Source of the DNA: Candidatus Thorarchaeota archaeon
GTDB taxonomy: Archaea > Asgardarchaeota > Thorarchaeia > Thorarchaeales > Thorarchaeaceae
DNA length: 64,000 nucleotides
Direction: 5' to 3'
Assembly (NCBI GenBank): GCA_048884965.1
Contig: JBHLQH010000011.1
Coordinates: 31,913-95,912, forward strand
Part shown: in pieces, positions 29,549 through 40,434 of the stretch
Position numbering within the stretch: position 1 is the stretch's first letter
Layout of the letters: each line of letters begins with the position of its first letter
The notes under the pieces: model-generated
What the model was told of the DNA's origin: nothing
Databases searched by the model: none
Seen by the model: the letters and a program-made list of their open reading frames with translations, nothing else
Made by a program: the position numbers and the translations under genes

Positions 29549-29680
29549 CCTATCACTTTAAGGAGCCTGCACAAGCACATTTCCTCTGATAAGCTTCTTG
29601 CTTATGTATTCGTCCTATTTGAAAAAACTTGAATAGGGCAATTCATTCACATTTACAATGTTCTCCTCTGAGGCAAAGCT

Positions 29681-30334
29681 ATGAATCTCGACATTAAGGT
29701 CATATCATTCGATTTGGATGGCGTTCTTTTTGATGGTAGGAGTGCTACCTACCCTGTTGCTAAGGCACTGGGCTTGGAGGAGCAATTCCTTTCTGTTTTG
29801 AGGCTGAATGCTGAGAAGCAGTTATCGCTAAAGGAATCAATTCGTGAAGGGTGTAAAATATGGGCTGGAGTACCTGTCGATGGTACTCTGGATCATATCA
29901 TTGAAACTATGCCCTTAATGAATGGAGTCGAAGAGACACTTGCTCTCTTGAAAGAATGGGACTATAAGATTGGCTGCATCTCTAGTGGTGTGAGTCAATT
30001 CTTTCTTAAGCCCCTAACGAAACGTCTCGATTTGGATTTCGCATTCTCCAACCAACTTGGTGAAACAAATGGGACGCATGATGGTACGGTCCATTACATC
30101 ATGGGAGCTGCTCAGAAAGCTGAAACCGCTCTCAAGTACCTTGAGAGCATCGGTCTTACATCACAGAATCTTGCAAGTATTGGTGATGGAGAGAATGACA
30201 TTCCAATCTTCACGGTCTCTCAATTCAGTATAGCTTTCAATCCTGAATCAGAACGTGTAAGTATGGCTGCGTCACTCACGATAAACTCCAAGGACCTACG
30301 ATCGATTCTGCCACACTTCATACCTGTCGACTAG
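29681..30334 (+). CDS. HAD-IB phosphatase (phosphoserine phosphatase-like)
   Basis: FDLDGVL, ISSG, K, GDGEND. Confidence 0.85.
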   Translation: MNLDIKVISFDLDGVLFDGRSATYPVAKALGLEEQFLSVLRLNAEKQLSLKESIREGCKIWAGVPVDGTLDHIIETMPLMNGVEETLALLKEWDYKIGCISSGVSQFFLKPLTKRLDLDFAFSNQLGETNGTHDGTVHYIMGAAQKAETALKYLESIGLTSQNLASIGDGENDIPIFTVSQFSIAFNPESERVSMAASLTINSKDLRSILPHFIPVD

Positions 30335-31467
30335 GACAAGATATCTCCAATTGCCTTCTCAATTGTGCGCATGTCATCATCAGTCAGACTTGGATGAACC
30401 GGGATATCAAAGTGAGTAGCACCGATATCTTCTGAATTTGGCAAGCTTACCTTTGAATAATCTGGATAGGAAACATATTTTGCCCATCTCCATTTCTGAA
30501 TGTTAAGATATGTGTCCTGTTTGTGACATGGTAAGGCATAGACAGTTCTTGCTCCAACATTGTGCTCTCTTAATCTTGTAATCATCTCATCTCGAGTGAG
30601 TCTGTCTGATTTGATCTTTGGTGCATATACATGATACGAAGATTTCAAACCCTCCATTTCCACTTGGGGGATTATCTCACTATATTCCGAGAAGATGGTT
30701 TGATAGCGATCCGCATTTTTTCTTCTGATTCTTGTTGCCTCAGGAAGTCGTTTAAGCTGTACTCTTCCTATTGCTGAAACCAAATCCATCATCCTGTTGT
30801 TGTACCCAATCCGGAAGTGGCTGTATCCTCCGCCTTTGCCTCTGCCATGATTCTTAATCATCAGTGCTCGTTCGTATATATCCTCGTCATCTGTGGTGAT
30901 CATGCCTCCTTCTCCACTCATCATATTCTTTGTGGCATAGAAAGAGAAAGCACCCACATGACCTATTGTACCTACCATTTTCCCATTGACTGTAGCTCCA
31001 TGTGCTTGACATGCATCTTCGATGACCATCAAATCATGCGCTTCTGCAATCTCCATGATTTGCTTCATGTCACATGGCATTCCGAAGATGTGCACAGGCA
31101 TAATCGCCTTTGTCCTTTCTGTTATTGCATCCTTGATTCTATCAGGATCTATGTTGTATGTGTTTGGGTCGATGTCCACAAAGATAGGAATCGCTCCAAT
31201 CATGGAAATAGTATTGGCCGATGCAATGAAGGTGAAAGGCGAAGTGATTACTTCATCCCCGGGATTAATCTCCATGGCTTCTAAAGCAGTACTAAGAGCA
31301 GTTGTTCCATTGGATGTCACAGTCGCAAGTTTTGCACCTACATATGATGCGAACTCCTTTTCGAGCTCTCGCGACTCACCACCTTCAGCGAGCATACCTG
31401 ACTCTAGAACTCTCTCAACAGCTTCATGTTCTTCTTTGTCTATTACTGGCTTTGCAAATGGGATCAT
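30331..31467 (-). CDS. DegT/DnrJ/EryC1/StrS PLP-dependent aminotransferase
   Basis: SNGTTAL, IEDACQAHGA, SFYATKNMMSGEGG, GYNNRM. Confidence 0.95.
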   Translation of the reverse strand: MIPFAKPVIDKEEHEAVERVLESGMLAEGGESRELEKEFASYVGAKLATVTSNGTTALSTALEAMEINPGDEVITSPFTFIASANTISMIGAIPIFVDIDPNTYNIDPDRIKDAITERTKAIMPVHIFGMPCDMKQIMEIAEAHDLMVIEDACQAHGATVNGKMVGTIGHVGAFSFYATKNMMSGEGGMITTDDEDIYERALMIKNHGRGKGGGYSHFRIGYNNRMMDLVSAIGRVQLKRLPEATRIRRKNADRYQTIFSEYSEIIPQVEMEGLKSSYHVYAPKIKSDRLTRDEMITRLREHNVGARTVYALPCHKQDTYLNIQKWRWAKYVSYPDYSKVSLPNSEDIGATHFDIPVHPSLTDDDMRTIEKAIGDILS

Positions 31468-31537
31468 GGGGTTTCACGGAGAAGTGACAGTCTCAATAGG
31501 TTAAAACTATTTGTTTTGAGAAATCATCGTACCATCA

Positions 31538-32086
31538 TCAGGCTTCATCAATCTCTTCAAATTCCTCAGGAGTTACTGTATCAAAACTAGCTGCCTTTAT
31601 CCTATTCTCCAAAAGACCAACCAATCCAACAGAGGCAACCATTACTCCAAGTGTTAGTAACATATATAGTAAATCCGCAAGAAGAAAGACAATCGCCAAA
31701 CCCACGCCAGAAAGGAATCCAGTAAATGTTCGTACCAGATTCCTTGTCTTTCTAGGGGATAATCGCTGCGTCATCCAATCTGATACGGTTGCAAAGCCAA
31801 GAGCTAGAGCGATCATGAACCATAGCCATCCTGGCTCTAATTGTATGCCTAGTATGAGAATTGCTATGATGCCGATGCCAAGTCCACCGTATATTCCACT
31901 GCATCTACTGCAAAAATACAAAGAGCGTCCGAAGAATGAAACTCGAAGACAGTGAGAGTACATCGAAGGAGGATGATGTGATATCATCGTATGAAGTACT
32001 TCTTTCATTTCGTCTGTCTTGCTCCAAGAGTATGGTTCCATCTCTAACATGTCGTCTTTGTTCATAGGTTCGGAGTCTGCTGCCAT
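31538..32086 (-). CDS. DUF2085-family membrane protein
   Basis: H...CSRCSGIYGG, DW.TQ, RTFTGFLSG. Confidence 0.8.
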   Translation of the reverse strand: MAADSEPMNKDDMLEMEPYSWSKTDEMKEVLHTMISHHPPSMYSHCLRVSFFGRSLYFCSRCSGIYGGLGIGIIAILILGIQLEPGWLWFMIALALGFATVSDWMTQRLSPRKTRNLVRTFTGFLSGVGLAIVFLLADLLYMLLTLGVMVASVGLVGLLENRIKAASFDTVTPEEFEEIDEA

Positions 32087-32107
32087 TATTCCTTCTTCCC
32101 CAATTAA

Positions 32108-33295
32108 TCATCTTTTGAGATGCCCTGCTATTGCCCTAGCTAGGTCTTTGATTTGCTGAATCTCCAGATCTTCAGGTCTGCCCTTCACTCTGACGACGGG
32201 TTCCATGATTTCATATTTCGCTTCTTCCAGCTGGGCACGAATTTTTTTGACGCCTCCGCCTCCCCAACCGTAGGTGCCAAAGAGTGCGATAGGTCTCTCT
32301 GGGAATCGCTTACCTTGCACTTCATTGACGAAACCCCATACTTTCGGGTATGGAAAGGCATCGTAAGTAGGTGTTCCAATCACAAGCACACCCGCCCTGA
32401 CTGAATCTGTGATAATCTGACTCATATCGCTGTAGGATACATTGTGTAGCTTGACCTCGACACCGAGCTTGAGTAATTCTTTCTTCAGCATTATCGCTGC
32501 TCTATGTGTGTATCCATACATTGTCCCATACACAATGGTGCAGTACTTCTCCAAGTTGGGACTGCTCCATTCATCATACTTTTGAACAACCCACATGGGA
32601 TTCTTTCGGTAAATTGGACCATGGCTAGGACAGATGAACTTGATTCCAATCCCGAGATCCTTGACTTTCTGGATTCCTTGCTGCACGAATTTGAAGTAGC
32701 TTGTGATGATAGATGAAACGTAGCGCTTGCTCTCTTTCTCTACAAGCTCCATATTTGCTTCATCATCGAAGAGTTTTCCATTCAGTGCCCCAAATGCACC
32801 AAATGCATCACATGAGAGGAGGATTTCGTCCTCGACGATGTAGGTCATCATAGTTTCAGGCCAATGCAAGAATTTCGCATGAACGAACTTCAGCGTCTTT
32901 GAACCAAGTGAGAGTTCCTCAAGGTCTTCAACCTGTTTCTCAGGATTCGGCACATCATAGAAAGAGTATCTCAATTTGGACGCAAAAGGTGTGTAGATAA
33001 TTGTAGCATTTGGGACTATCTTTGACAGGTCTGGTAGTGAACCTGTATGATCTGGTTCCATGTGGTTCAAAATGATATAATCTATTTTCGATGGATCGAC
33101 AATCTCACTAATGTTATTCAACCACTCATCAGCCCATGGTGCCTTGACGGTTTCTACAACTGCAATCTTATCATCCACGATGAGATAGCTATTATAGCTT
33201 ACACCAAAGGGTAGTTTCCATAGATTCTCAAACAATTCTGTATGATGGTCATCTACACCTACATAGTAGACTCCTTTTGCAATCTCGCGGTGCAT
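32108..33295 (-). CDS. fprA: Flavodiiron protein (FprA/A-type flavoprotein)
   Basis: GVSYNSYLI, NHMEPDHTG, LHWPETM, SCDAFG, PSHG, flavodoxin YGTMYGYT. Confidence 0.95.
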   Translation of the reverse strand: MHREIAKGVYYVGVDDHHTELFENLWKLPFGVSYNSYLIVDDKIAVVETVKAPWADEWLNNISEIVDPSKIDYIILNHMEPDHTGSLPDLSKIVPNATIIYTPFASKLRYSFYDVPNPEKQVEDLEELSLGSKTLKFVHAKFLHWPETMMTYIVEDEILLSCDAFGAFGALNGKLFDDEANMELVEKESKRYVSSIITSYFKFVQQGIQKVKDLGIGIKFICPSHGPIYRKNPMWVVQKYDEWSSPNLEKYCTIVYGTMYGYTHRAAIMLKKELLKLGVEVKLHNVSYSDMSQIITDSVRAGVLVIGTPTYDAFPYPKVWGFVNEVQGKRFPERPIALFGTYGWGGGGVKKIRAQLEEAKYEIMEPVVRVKGRPEDLEIQQIKDLARAIAGHLKR

Positions 33296-33396
33296 CGTCG
33301 CTTCCTTCCCTCTGTTTGTACTCTGTGAGCTTGTATTTGACAATAAAAGCTCTGCCCTATGGCATCCTTATTTGCAAATCTGACCTGTAATTCTCT

Positions 33397-33840
33397 TCAG
33401 GAATCGCTAATCTCTTCTGTGCTTGCTATAGGTTCTGCATTAGGAGCAGTCTTTCTACTCATCATAATCTCATCAACCATTTCGATGAGTGCCCGACCAA
33501 GGAATCCACCAAACCCACCAAGCATCGCTCCCAAGATTACACTGATCACAATCACAAGCCATCCTATAGATAAACCTAGAAGACCGATAAAGAATGTAGC
33601 AATCTCCATTGCTTGTGCTGAGATAATCCTGTGGATGAAGATGGCTGTCCAGGCCAAAGCAACTCCCGCGAACCCTGCAATGAAAGCCTTACGATGTGTT
33701 CGAGTGAATAGACCTGCAAAGACACCGGCAATCAGCATAGTGGCCCACACACCACTGAGTTGTAATGCAGCCGCAAGAACCGCGATTACGATGATGGTTG
33801 GGAACAATGGCAATGAAGGGAATGTATCATCGATACGCAT
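33397..33840 (-). CDS. Hypothetical 4-TM membrane protein
   Basis: Hydrophobic ORF directly downstream of the acylase (1-nt gap). Confidence 0.65.
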   Translation of the reverse strand: MRIDDTFPSLPLFPTIIVIAVLAAALQLSGVWATMLIAGVFAGLFTRTHRKAFIAGFAGVALAWTAIFIHRIISAQAMEIATFFIGLLGLSIGWLVIVISVILGAMLGGFGGFLGRALIEMVDEIMMSRKTAPNAEPIASTEEISDS

Positions 33841-33841
33841 T

Positions 33842-36439
33842 CTATATCACCACCTCAGGGATGAGAGTAATTCTATATTCAATGATTATTGTCCCCTCAT
33901 TCGCCTCATCGAAATCTTCTACTGATGCGATATAGTGTTCTTCACAATATCCATATCTTCTAGATATTGGATCGTATGTGTACCACAGATCAAACAAATC
34001 TTCCCAATGTTTCGAGAACATCACCTGACTTTGACCCCCCGGATATACGGTATAGAACTTGGGAGTGGCATCGAAGTCAGCTATCATCCTTCTTGATGGA
34101 CCATGCTGTACGGTCCAACCTCCGGCGACGTTGACAGTATATTTGCTACCTCTATGTCCCTCTCCCCCAATGAAGGTCATACCAGCAAGATGATCTATTA
34201 GAATAGTGTGATGTAAACCATATTCCCATTCGGTCACATTGTTCCCCAAGTCATCTCTGATTTCATCGTTTGCGAGTTCCAATGCATCTCTAAGAATTTC
34301 GTACATAGACTCAACACCTGACGTTGTCTGGTCGTCTAGATAGTATGTGATATTCTCGCGAAGGATCCACTCAAGAACAGGGGTGAATGCATATCTGAGG
34401 CTTACACCTGCAGATGACAATTCATCAAAGATTGCTACCTTCATGGAATCTAGCAGGTAGACCCATATAGTCGGAGCAGTCAAGTTAGTTTCCATGTAAT
34501 AATTCCAATCTTCTAAGATGTCTACAATCTCCTGAATCTCGGTATCTCCATCACCCATTGCTTCCCAAGCATCAAGGACAAATGGGAGCATTTGTCTAGC
34601 TGAGATGTCGTGCACATCCGCCTGTAGGGACATGAAATCCTGTGCATCGATACTTGTTTGAGCGAATAGCCACTCATTGATTCTTCGACCTCTGTATCCT
34701 TCTGCTTGAGGACCAAGGATATTATACCAAATATCATCAGGATCTATTGAAAGCTGGTTTGCTGTCTGAATATATCCAGACGTTGGATTAACAGATCTGG
34801 GATTGTAGGCATATGGAACAAAGCCAACTATACCAACATCAGGGTCTGCTCCGCTAACTGGATATTTTCCAGAATATCCTGACCGAAGCGGCATCTTCCC
34901 AGCAACCGTGACTGCAATGTTCCCTTCAGTATCTGCATAAATGAAGTTATGCGGTGGTCCATCCCACCAGTATAAAGCATCGAAATAGTCCTGCAGGTTG
35001 TTGGCTCGGTTGAGCAAGCCAAGTGCAAGAATTTCATGAGTGATACCATTTCCTGTCCAGTTCATAGCAATATTTGCCAGTCCGTATGTTTCTCCAAGAA
35101 TCTCATCTATGCAAGGGCCATGTACAGACCACCTGACGCTGAAATCTATGATCTGGCCTGAGCTTGTTTGAATTGGTTCCTCTACGATGCTAAAGGGCAC
35201 CCAATCCTCACCATACATATATTCGGAGGAATTTGATGGATTGAGATCTTCAACAAAAAGATCAACAAAGTCCGCACCCATATTTGTCATTCCCCATGCC
35301 ATATTTTCAGTATGTCCTATCAGAACGCCTGGCGTTCCAGGAAGGGTTCCTCCTTGGACATTCATTATTCCCGGTATCACAATTTGAGCTTCGTACCAAA
35401 GAGATGGCGCTTGTAATGAAAGATGGGGATCGTTGGCTAGGATTGCTCTTCCTGTCGCTGACTTGGAACCATTGATTGCCCAACTATTGCTCCCTACGAA
35501 ATCCTCTTCTCCAAAGGCTTTGACCATATTATTGAATACTTCCATAAGAGGTTCATACTCGGGAAGTGTAATGAGGTCTTCAAAGTTCTCTTCAGTAACG
35601 ATGGATTCTACCTCTATAGCTGCGGGTCCACCACCTGGTGCCATAGGATATTCAACAATGCTTAGATTATACTGCTCTTGTACTATCGCAACAGTGTAAG
35701 GCCAGGTTGCTTGAATCATGTCATGATAGAGGGTGTCATTATCAAGTTGTGTCCTCATAAGTTGCCGTTGCAGATCCATGATTCCACCAGACAGACCCCA
35801 TGTCATGTACTTGGCCCAGATGAATGCATTGATCTCTTGCCAAAGGTCCGGTGTATAACCCAATATCTTGAATTCTATTGGCGTATCTGCACTAGTCATT
35901 GATCTAATGAATTGATTAATGCCATTGGTCATGCCTCTATTTGCTTCAAGTGCGAATGCTACATCCTCATTCGAATTCTCATTGGCGAGGTACCACTCAT
36001 AAGAAGCCACTGCTGATTTTCTCAATCCAAGTGTTCTATGGAACATGTCTGTCCCAATAGCCATGTCTCCTACAACTTCACTGATTCGACCTGCTGCTAG
36101 ATAAGTCTGCATCACCATTTGGAACAATCTATCCTTCGCTTGCATATAACCCAAACCAGTGAATGCATCATAAAGTGAACTTGCATAGATATGAGGTATT
36201 CCCCATTCGTCAATTACGATATATATTTCAGAGTCTATACCTTGAACCACCATTGTCTGGTCTGATAGTTGATCGACTCCTCTTCCAACATCGAAGATTC
36301 CACCAATGGGTTGGAGAATACCTAAGCCTCCTGTCAGAGGTCCTATTGGCATAGTAAGAATGACGATCATCGCAATAGGTCCAATCAGGGAAAAAAGGAA
36401 CTTCATGGTTGCATTGTTTTTCATCCGCACCACCAACAT
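33842..36439 (-). CDS. Penicillin acylase family (S45) Ntn-hydrolase, membrane-anchored
   Basis: DEWGIPHIYA, QAKDRLFQM, autoprocessing site GSNSW, LANDPHL, TANQ, PGGQS. Confidence 0.95.
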   Translation of the reverse strand: MLVVRMKNNATMKFLFSLIGPIAMIVILTMPIGPLTGGLGILQPIGGIFDVGRGVDQLSDQTMVVQGIDSEIYIVIDEWGIPHIYASSLYDAFTGLGYMQAKDRLFQMVMQTYLAAGRISEVVGDMAIGTDMFHRTLGLRKSAVASYEWYLANENSNEDVAFALEANRGMTNGINQFIRSMTSADTPIEFKILGYTPDLWQEINAFIWAKYMTWGLSGGIMDLQRQLMRTQLDNDTLYHDMIQATWPYTVAIVQEQYNLSIVEYPMAPGGGPAAIEVESIVTEENFEDLITLPEYEPLMEVFNNMVKAFGEEDFVGSNSWAINGSKSATGRAILANDPHLSLQAPSLWYEAQIVIPGIMNVQGGTLPGTPGVLIGHTENMAWGMTNMGADFVDLFVEDLNPSNSSEYMYGEDWVPFSIVEEPIQTSSGQIIDFSVRWSVHGPCIDEILGETYGLANIAMNWTGNGITHEILALGLLNRANNLQDYFDALYWWDGPPHNFIYADTEGNIAVTVAGKMPLRSGYSGKYPVSGADPDVGIVGFVPYAYNPRSVNPTSGYIQTANQLSIDPDDIWYNILGPQAEGYRGRRINEWLFAQTSIDAQDFMSLQADVHDISARQMLPFVLDAWEAMGDGDTEIQEIVDILEDWNYYMETNLTAPTIWVYLLDSMKVAIFDELSSAGVSLRYAFTPVLEWILRENITYYLDDQTTSGVESMYEILRDALELANDEIRDDLGNNVTEWEYGLHHTILIDHLAGMTFIGGEGHRGSKYTVNVAGGWTVQHGPSRRMIADFDATPKFYTVYPGGQSQVMFSKHWEDLFDLWYTYDPISRRYGYCEEHYIASVEDFDEANEGTIIIEYRITLIPEVVI

Positions 36440-36565
36440 CTACAGCTGCTCAACATTGATTCTGGTTTCTCTTAAAGCTTCTTGAAGGACGAGATGGACT
36501 GAAATTTATGGTACCTTCGCTACCTTTTTGAGTAAGCGAGCTTACTATTGAGGTCCGTGAGTACA

Positions 36566-37612
36566 ATGGTCAAAACAGAGACTTTCAGGGGTAGGGATTT
36601 CATTACCCTCCTCGATTACTCAAAAGAAGAGATCGAGACCATGCTTGATGTGGCGATCGATCTCAAAAAGAAATACGCTTTGAGAGAACCACACAAGCTG
36701 CTTGATGCACAGACACTGTTCATGATTTTCTACAACCAGTCACTTCGTACACGTAACTCGTTTGAGGCTGGTATGACTCAGCTTGGTGGCCATGCTCACT
36801 TCCTCGATCCTGGCAAGATTTATGCTCCGGCTCTAGAGGGAGATGAGAAAGCCTATTCCACCGAACGCGTTTCCGATGTGGCGCGTGTTCTCGCACGAAT
36901 GGGTGATGGTATTGCAATCAGGTGCTATGGAGACCCTGTTGGATGGATATATGGTCGTGCAAATGAGGTCATCAATAATTTCGCTCATTGGGCAAATATT
37001 CCTGTGATTAACATGGAGGATGATAAGTACCACCCGTGTCAGGCTCTTGCTGATATGATGACAGTCAAAGAGAAGTTTGGCAAGTTCAAAGACGTCAAAT
37101 TCGTTATGAGCTGGGCATATTCTCCTTCAGTCCATAAGCCCTTGGCAGTACCACAGAGCGCAGTAATAGCAGCTACCAAGATGGGTTGCGAAACCGTTCT
37201 TGCTCATCCAAAAGGAATGGAGCTTGATGATGAGGTAATCAACCATTGCAAGGTATTTGCAGAGGAGAATGACTCAAGCTTTGATATAGTATATGACATG
37301 GATGAAGCCTTTGAAGGAGCTCATGTCGTCTATCCAAAAGCATGGACTTGTAGAGACTTTATCCCTCCGTGGAACAGTAAGCCTGAGCTTGAGAAATCAC
37401 AAGAGGTATTCGACAAGAACAAGCATTGGATTTGCGATGATGACAAGATGAAGATCGCTGGTCCAAAGTCAATGTACATGCACTGCTTGCCTTGCGACCG
37501 TGGCTTTGAGGTGACCAACTCTGTCATCGATGGCCCACAGTCAATCGCTTTCGATCAGGCAGAGAACAGATTGCATGCTCAGAAGGCTGTCATGGCTCTC
37601 ACTATGAGATAA
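36566..37612 (+). CDS. Ornithine/aspartate carbamoyltransferase family, knotted AOTCase/YgeW-like type
   Basis: SLRT, HPCQ, HCLP, QAENRLH; SWAYSPSVHKPLAVPQ and YPKAW resemble YgeW/AOTCase rather than ArgF. Confidence 0.9.
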   Translation: MVKTETFRGRDFITLLDYSKEEIETMLDVAIDLKKKYALREPHKLLDAQTLFMIFYNQSLRTRNSFEAGMTQLGGHAHFLDPGKIYAPALEGDEKAYSTERVSDVARVLARMGDGIAIRCYGDPVGWIYGRANEVINNFAHWANIPVINMEDDKYHPCQALADMMTVKEKFGKFKDVKFVMSWAYSPSVHKPLAVPQSAVIAATKMGCETVLAHPKGMELDDEVINHCKVFAEENDSSFDIVYDMDEAFEGAHVVYPKAWTCRDFIPPWNSKPELEKSQEVFDKNKHWICDDDKMKIAGPKSMYMHCLPCDRGFEVTNSVIDGPQSIAFDQAENRLHAQKAVMALTMR

Positions 37613-37620
37613 TCAGAAAA

Positions 37621-37660
37621 TGGGTAGGATGCAAGTTCTACCCAATCACTCTTTTTCTTT
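37621..37660 (+). terminator. Hairpin plus T-tract after carbamoyltransferase 1
   Basis: TGGGTAGGA-6nt-TTCTACCCA followed by CTTTTTCTTT. Confidence 0.6.
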
Positions 37661-37665
37661 CAAAT

Positions 37666-37944
37666 CTATCCTCGAACCCCAGACCATCCCATTGATCCCT
37701 GCCTGTCATTACTCTTCAAAGATTTCTTGAATTTGTCAACAATCTCATCAAGAAATGATTTTTCAGGAGCCTCCGACAATAATAGCAATTCAGCAATTTG
37801 CTTCTCAAGTGCCTTTATTGCCTTATCAGCGGCATCGAATCTATCCTTCGCTTCTTTGTACCCGTCAGTGTTGTCAGGATTGATGACACTTCCTTGTAGG
37901 CTACTGAAAATGGCTTTCTGTTCACTCAGCATCCCATTCTGCAT
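37666..37944 (-). CDS. Small helical hypothetical protein, possibly 5'-truncated
   Basis: 92-aa charged helical ORF; in-frame TGA four codons upstream of the ATG. Confidence 0.45.
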   Translation of the reverse strand: MQNGMLSEQKAIFSSLQGSVINPDNTDGYKEAKDRFDAADKAIKALEKQIAELLLLSEAPEKSFLDEIVDKFKKSLKSNDRQGSMGWSGVRG

Positions 37945-38186
37945 TTCTAATACTCATTGTGTATGCTCATCCATCGCAAATACCTGGGATACGCATTGAA
38001 GTGAATCAATTTAGCATTTTATAACCTCCGACCGTTATTATATCTTCGTCAGGGATTCTTTTCTTTGACAGTCAAGCTTACGCCAATCAGAACTTTAAAT
38101 ACGATTCAACGTTTGTCAAACATCAAACGTCTTCGTGCTTGATACCCTTATCAAACGATGACTAGAAGTAGCTATGGCAAAGACAG

Positions 38187-39140
38187 GTGTTACAAATTAT
38201 GATAATCCCTGATACAATCGCAACATTACTATTCTTACTAATTCCAATACTCCTCTACTTGCTTACAGCCATCACACTCAGGTTCTCAGATGAATCTTCG
38301 AGTAGCAGATGGAAAAGGTGGCTTAATGCAATCAGACAACCGATCAATTTACGATCGCTGTCAGATGAAGCTATTCAAGAGCTACCCGAAACGGAGAGAC
38401 CTATCTATATCAAGAGAGAAGTGATGCTTCGGCTTCTTGCAATTTATCTTGTCATTGGTGTATTCTTACTTAGCAATCTCCTCGGCACATTCTATCATAT
38501 CATGGGTGATGTGCTGAATGATGTTGGGCAGGGATCGACAGGGCTGCTCAGAACTTGGTCCGCAGTAGTATTTACGACTCCTTTCTCTGGAGGATGGATG
38601 GGCACGTTTCCATGGTACGGCTATGGCCTTTGGCCTCCCTCAAACCTGGCGATCTACCATGAACCTTGGAGCTGGGTATATCATACTGCTGCTTTGGCAG
38701 GCGACCCTTCATTCTTCCCTGGGATGGCAATTGACCTGATATTGATTCCAATAGTCGTTGGAGTTATTCTGCTACTTCCCTTAGCTCGAAGGTCGGTTCG
38801 CAATGCATTCCTACCATCAATTCTCCACCTTCACATCTCGCTCCTAGTTATGGTAAGTGGACTCTTCAACTGCTTTGCTCAGGCTTTCCGATTGGCATTC
38901 CTTGGGGAGACCCTTGTCTTTGGATTGTATGAGGTCAGTGCGTCTGATTTGAATGGGTTGCCTTTAACGATGGTGTCATCGATCTTGCCAATCCTCTTTG
39001 TCATCTTCCTGCTATTCTTAGGTATTAGCTACAAGCTTGGGAAAGTGCATTATCCTGACTCGAAGAGATCTGGAGTGCTTTTCATACTGAACACCACTGT
39101 TCTTTACTGGCTGAGTCTGGTTCTCACGATTATTGTCTGA
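38187..39140 (+). CDS. Hypothetical multi-TM membrane protein
   Basis: About 6 TM with a Trp/Gly/Pro-rich loop; 5 nt from the next gene. Confidence 0.7.
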   Translation: MLQIMIIPDTIATLLFLLIPILLYLLTAITLRFSDESSSSRWKRWLNAIRQPINLRSLSDEAIQELPETERPIYIKREVMLRLLAIYLVIGVFLLSNLLGTFYHIMGDVLNDVGQGSTGLLRTWSAVVFTTPFSGGWMGTFPWYGYGLWPPSNLAIYHEPWSWVYHTAALAGDPSFFPGMAIDLILIPIVVGVILLLPLARRSVRNAFLPSILHLHISLLVMVSGLFNCFAQAFRLAFLGETLVFGLYEVSASDLNGLPLTMVSSILPILFVIFLLFLGISYKLGKVHYPDSKRSGVLFILNTTVLYWLSLVLTIIV

Positions 39141-39145
39141 AGGAG

Positions 39146-40390
39146 TTGAATCCACTGATGTTTCAAAGACCACGAATTCTCGTCTTTCTCGTACTTTCGA
39201 TGCTCTTCCTCCTTAGCGCTGTTTCCCCTGCATATGCTAGGTATTATGGAGGTGGTGTACTCTCGCTATCTCTTGAACGGGACTATTGGCCTACTGAGGA
39301 GTGGCAGACTTCTGACCCTCTCAACTACGATATAGATACTACATTTCTTGAAGCCATGATGGAGGAGATTGAAGACACTCCACACAATGTCCATTCTGTA
39401 CTTATTGTGAAGAGCGGATACATCGTCTGGGAAGAATATCCAAGATCTATATACAATCCAACTCGTCTGCATATGCTTCAATCCTGCACAAAGAGCTTCA
39501 CTTCAACGCTCATAGGAATAGCACTTCATGAAGGCTTCATAGATAATGTGAGTCAAAGAATGGTTGACTTCTTCCCAGATCGTACTATCGCCAATCTGGA
39601 TTCGCGAAAAGAAAGCATAACCCTATACCATATGCTTACAATGTCTGAAGGAATGTATTGGACCGAGTTGGATTATCCTTATACAGATGATAGGAATACA
39701 CTGAAGCAGATGTGGGACAGTACAGATGCCATACAGCACATCTTGGATCAACCAATGATGAGAAACCCTGGTGATGAGTGGCATTATAATTCAGGAATGT
39801 CAGTTCTTCTGGGTGCCGTACTTGAACAGGTCACCGGTCAAAGCGTTGAAGAATTCGCTGAACAGTATCTGTTCGACAGAATTGGGATTGGCAACTATCA
39901 GTGGTACTCCATGCCAAACAGCGACGTGTTGCATACTGATGGTGGTTTGTATCTGTCCTCAAGGGATATGGCTCGCCTAGGATATCTTATGCTAAACAAT
40001 GGCACTTGGAATGGAACTGAAATCGTATCATCAGATTGGGTTTATGATGCAACCCACTCGGATGTACAGATAGATTCAGAAACAAACTATGGTTACCAGT
40101 GGTGGCTATTTCCGGAATATGGCTTCTATTCTGCAACAGGGCACTATGAGCAAAAAATCTATGTTATCCCTGAAGAGGATCTTGTTGTCGTCTTCACTGC
40201 CAATATTGCTGATGATAAGCCACATCCAACCGATAGGTTCCTACTCTCCTATGTTCTTCCATCTGTTCAACAAGAGTCTAACTCGGATGACGGTATACCT
40301 GTTGAACCTATAGTGAATCTCAGTATCCTTGCAATCATCATCGCTCCTCTAGTTGTGGCAGGAATTCTTCAGTATAGAAAGCTCCGGTAA
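39146..40390 (+). CDS. Serine hydrolase of the beta-lactamase class C/AmpC family, secreted with a C-terminal anchor
   Basis: Signal peptide, SCTK (SxxK), YNS, YGYQWW, ATGHYEQ, C-terminal TM. Confidence 0.9.
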   Translation: MNPLMFQRPRILVFLVLSMLFLLSAVSPAYARYYGGGVLSLSLERDYWPTEEWQTSDPLNYDIDTTFLEAMMEEIEDTPHNVHSVLIVKSGYIVWEEYPRSIYNPTRLHMLQSCTKSFTSTLIGIALHEGFIDNVSQRMVDFFPDRTIANLDSRKESITLYHMLTMSEGMYWTELDYPYTDDRNTLKQMWDSTDAIQHILDQPMMRNPGDEWHYNSGMSVLLGAVLEQVTGQSVEEFAEQYLFDRIGIGNYQWYSMPNSDVLHTDGGLYLSSRDMARLGYLMLNNGTWNGTEIVSSDWVYDATHSDVQIDSETNYGYQWWLFPEYGFYSATGHYEQKIYVIPEEDLVVVFTANIADDKPHPTDRFLLSYVLPSVQQESNSDDGIPVEPIVNLSILAIIIAPLVVAGILQYRKLR

Positions 40391-40434
40391 TCTATGGAAT
40401 CCATTGGGCTGTTTCTGCAGCCCAACTTTCTGGT

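Noticed and set aside
33359-33925. 188-aa plus-strand ORF
   Set aside because: Antisense to a plausible membrane protein that is coupled to the acylase.
39146-40390. Beta-lactam resistance interpretation of the AmpC-like hydrolase together with the penicillin acylase
   Set aside because: Both families contain mostly esterases, peptidases and amidases; motifs alone do not indicate antibiotic substrates.
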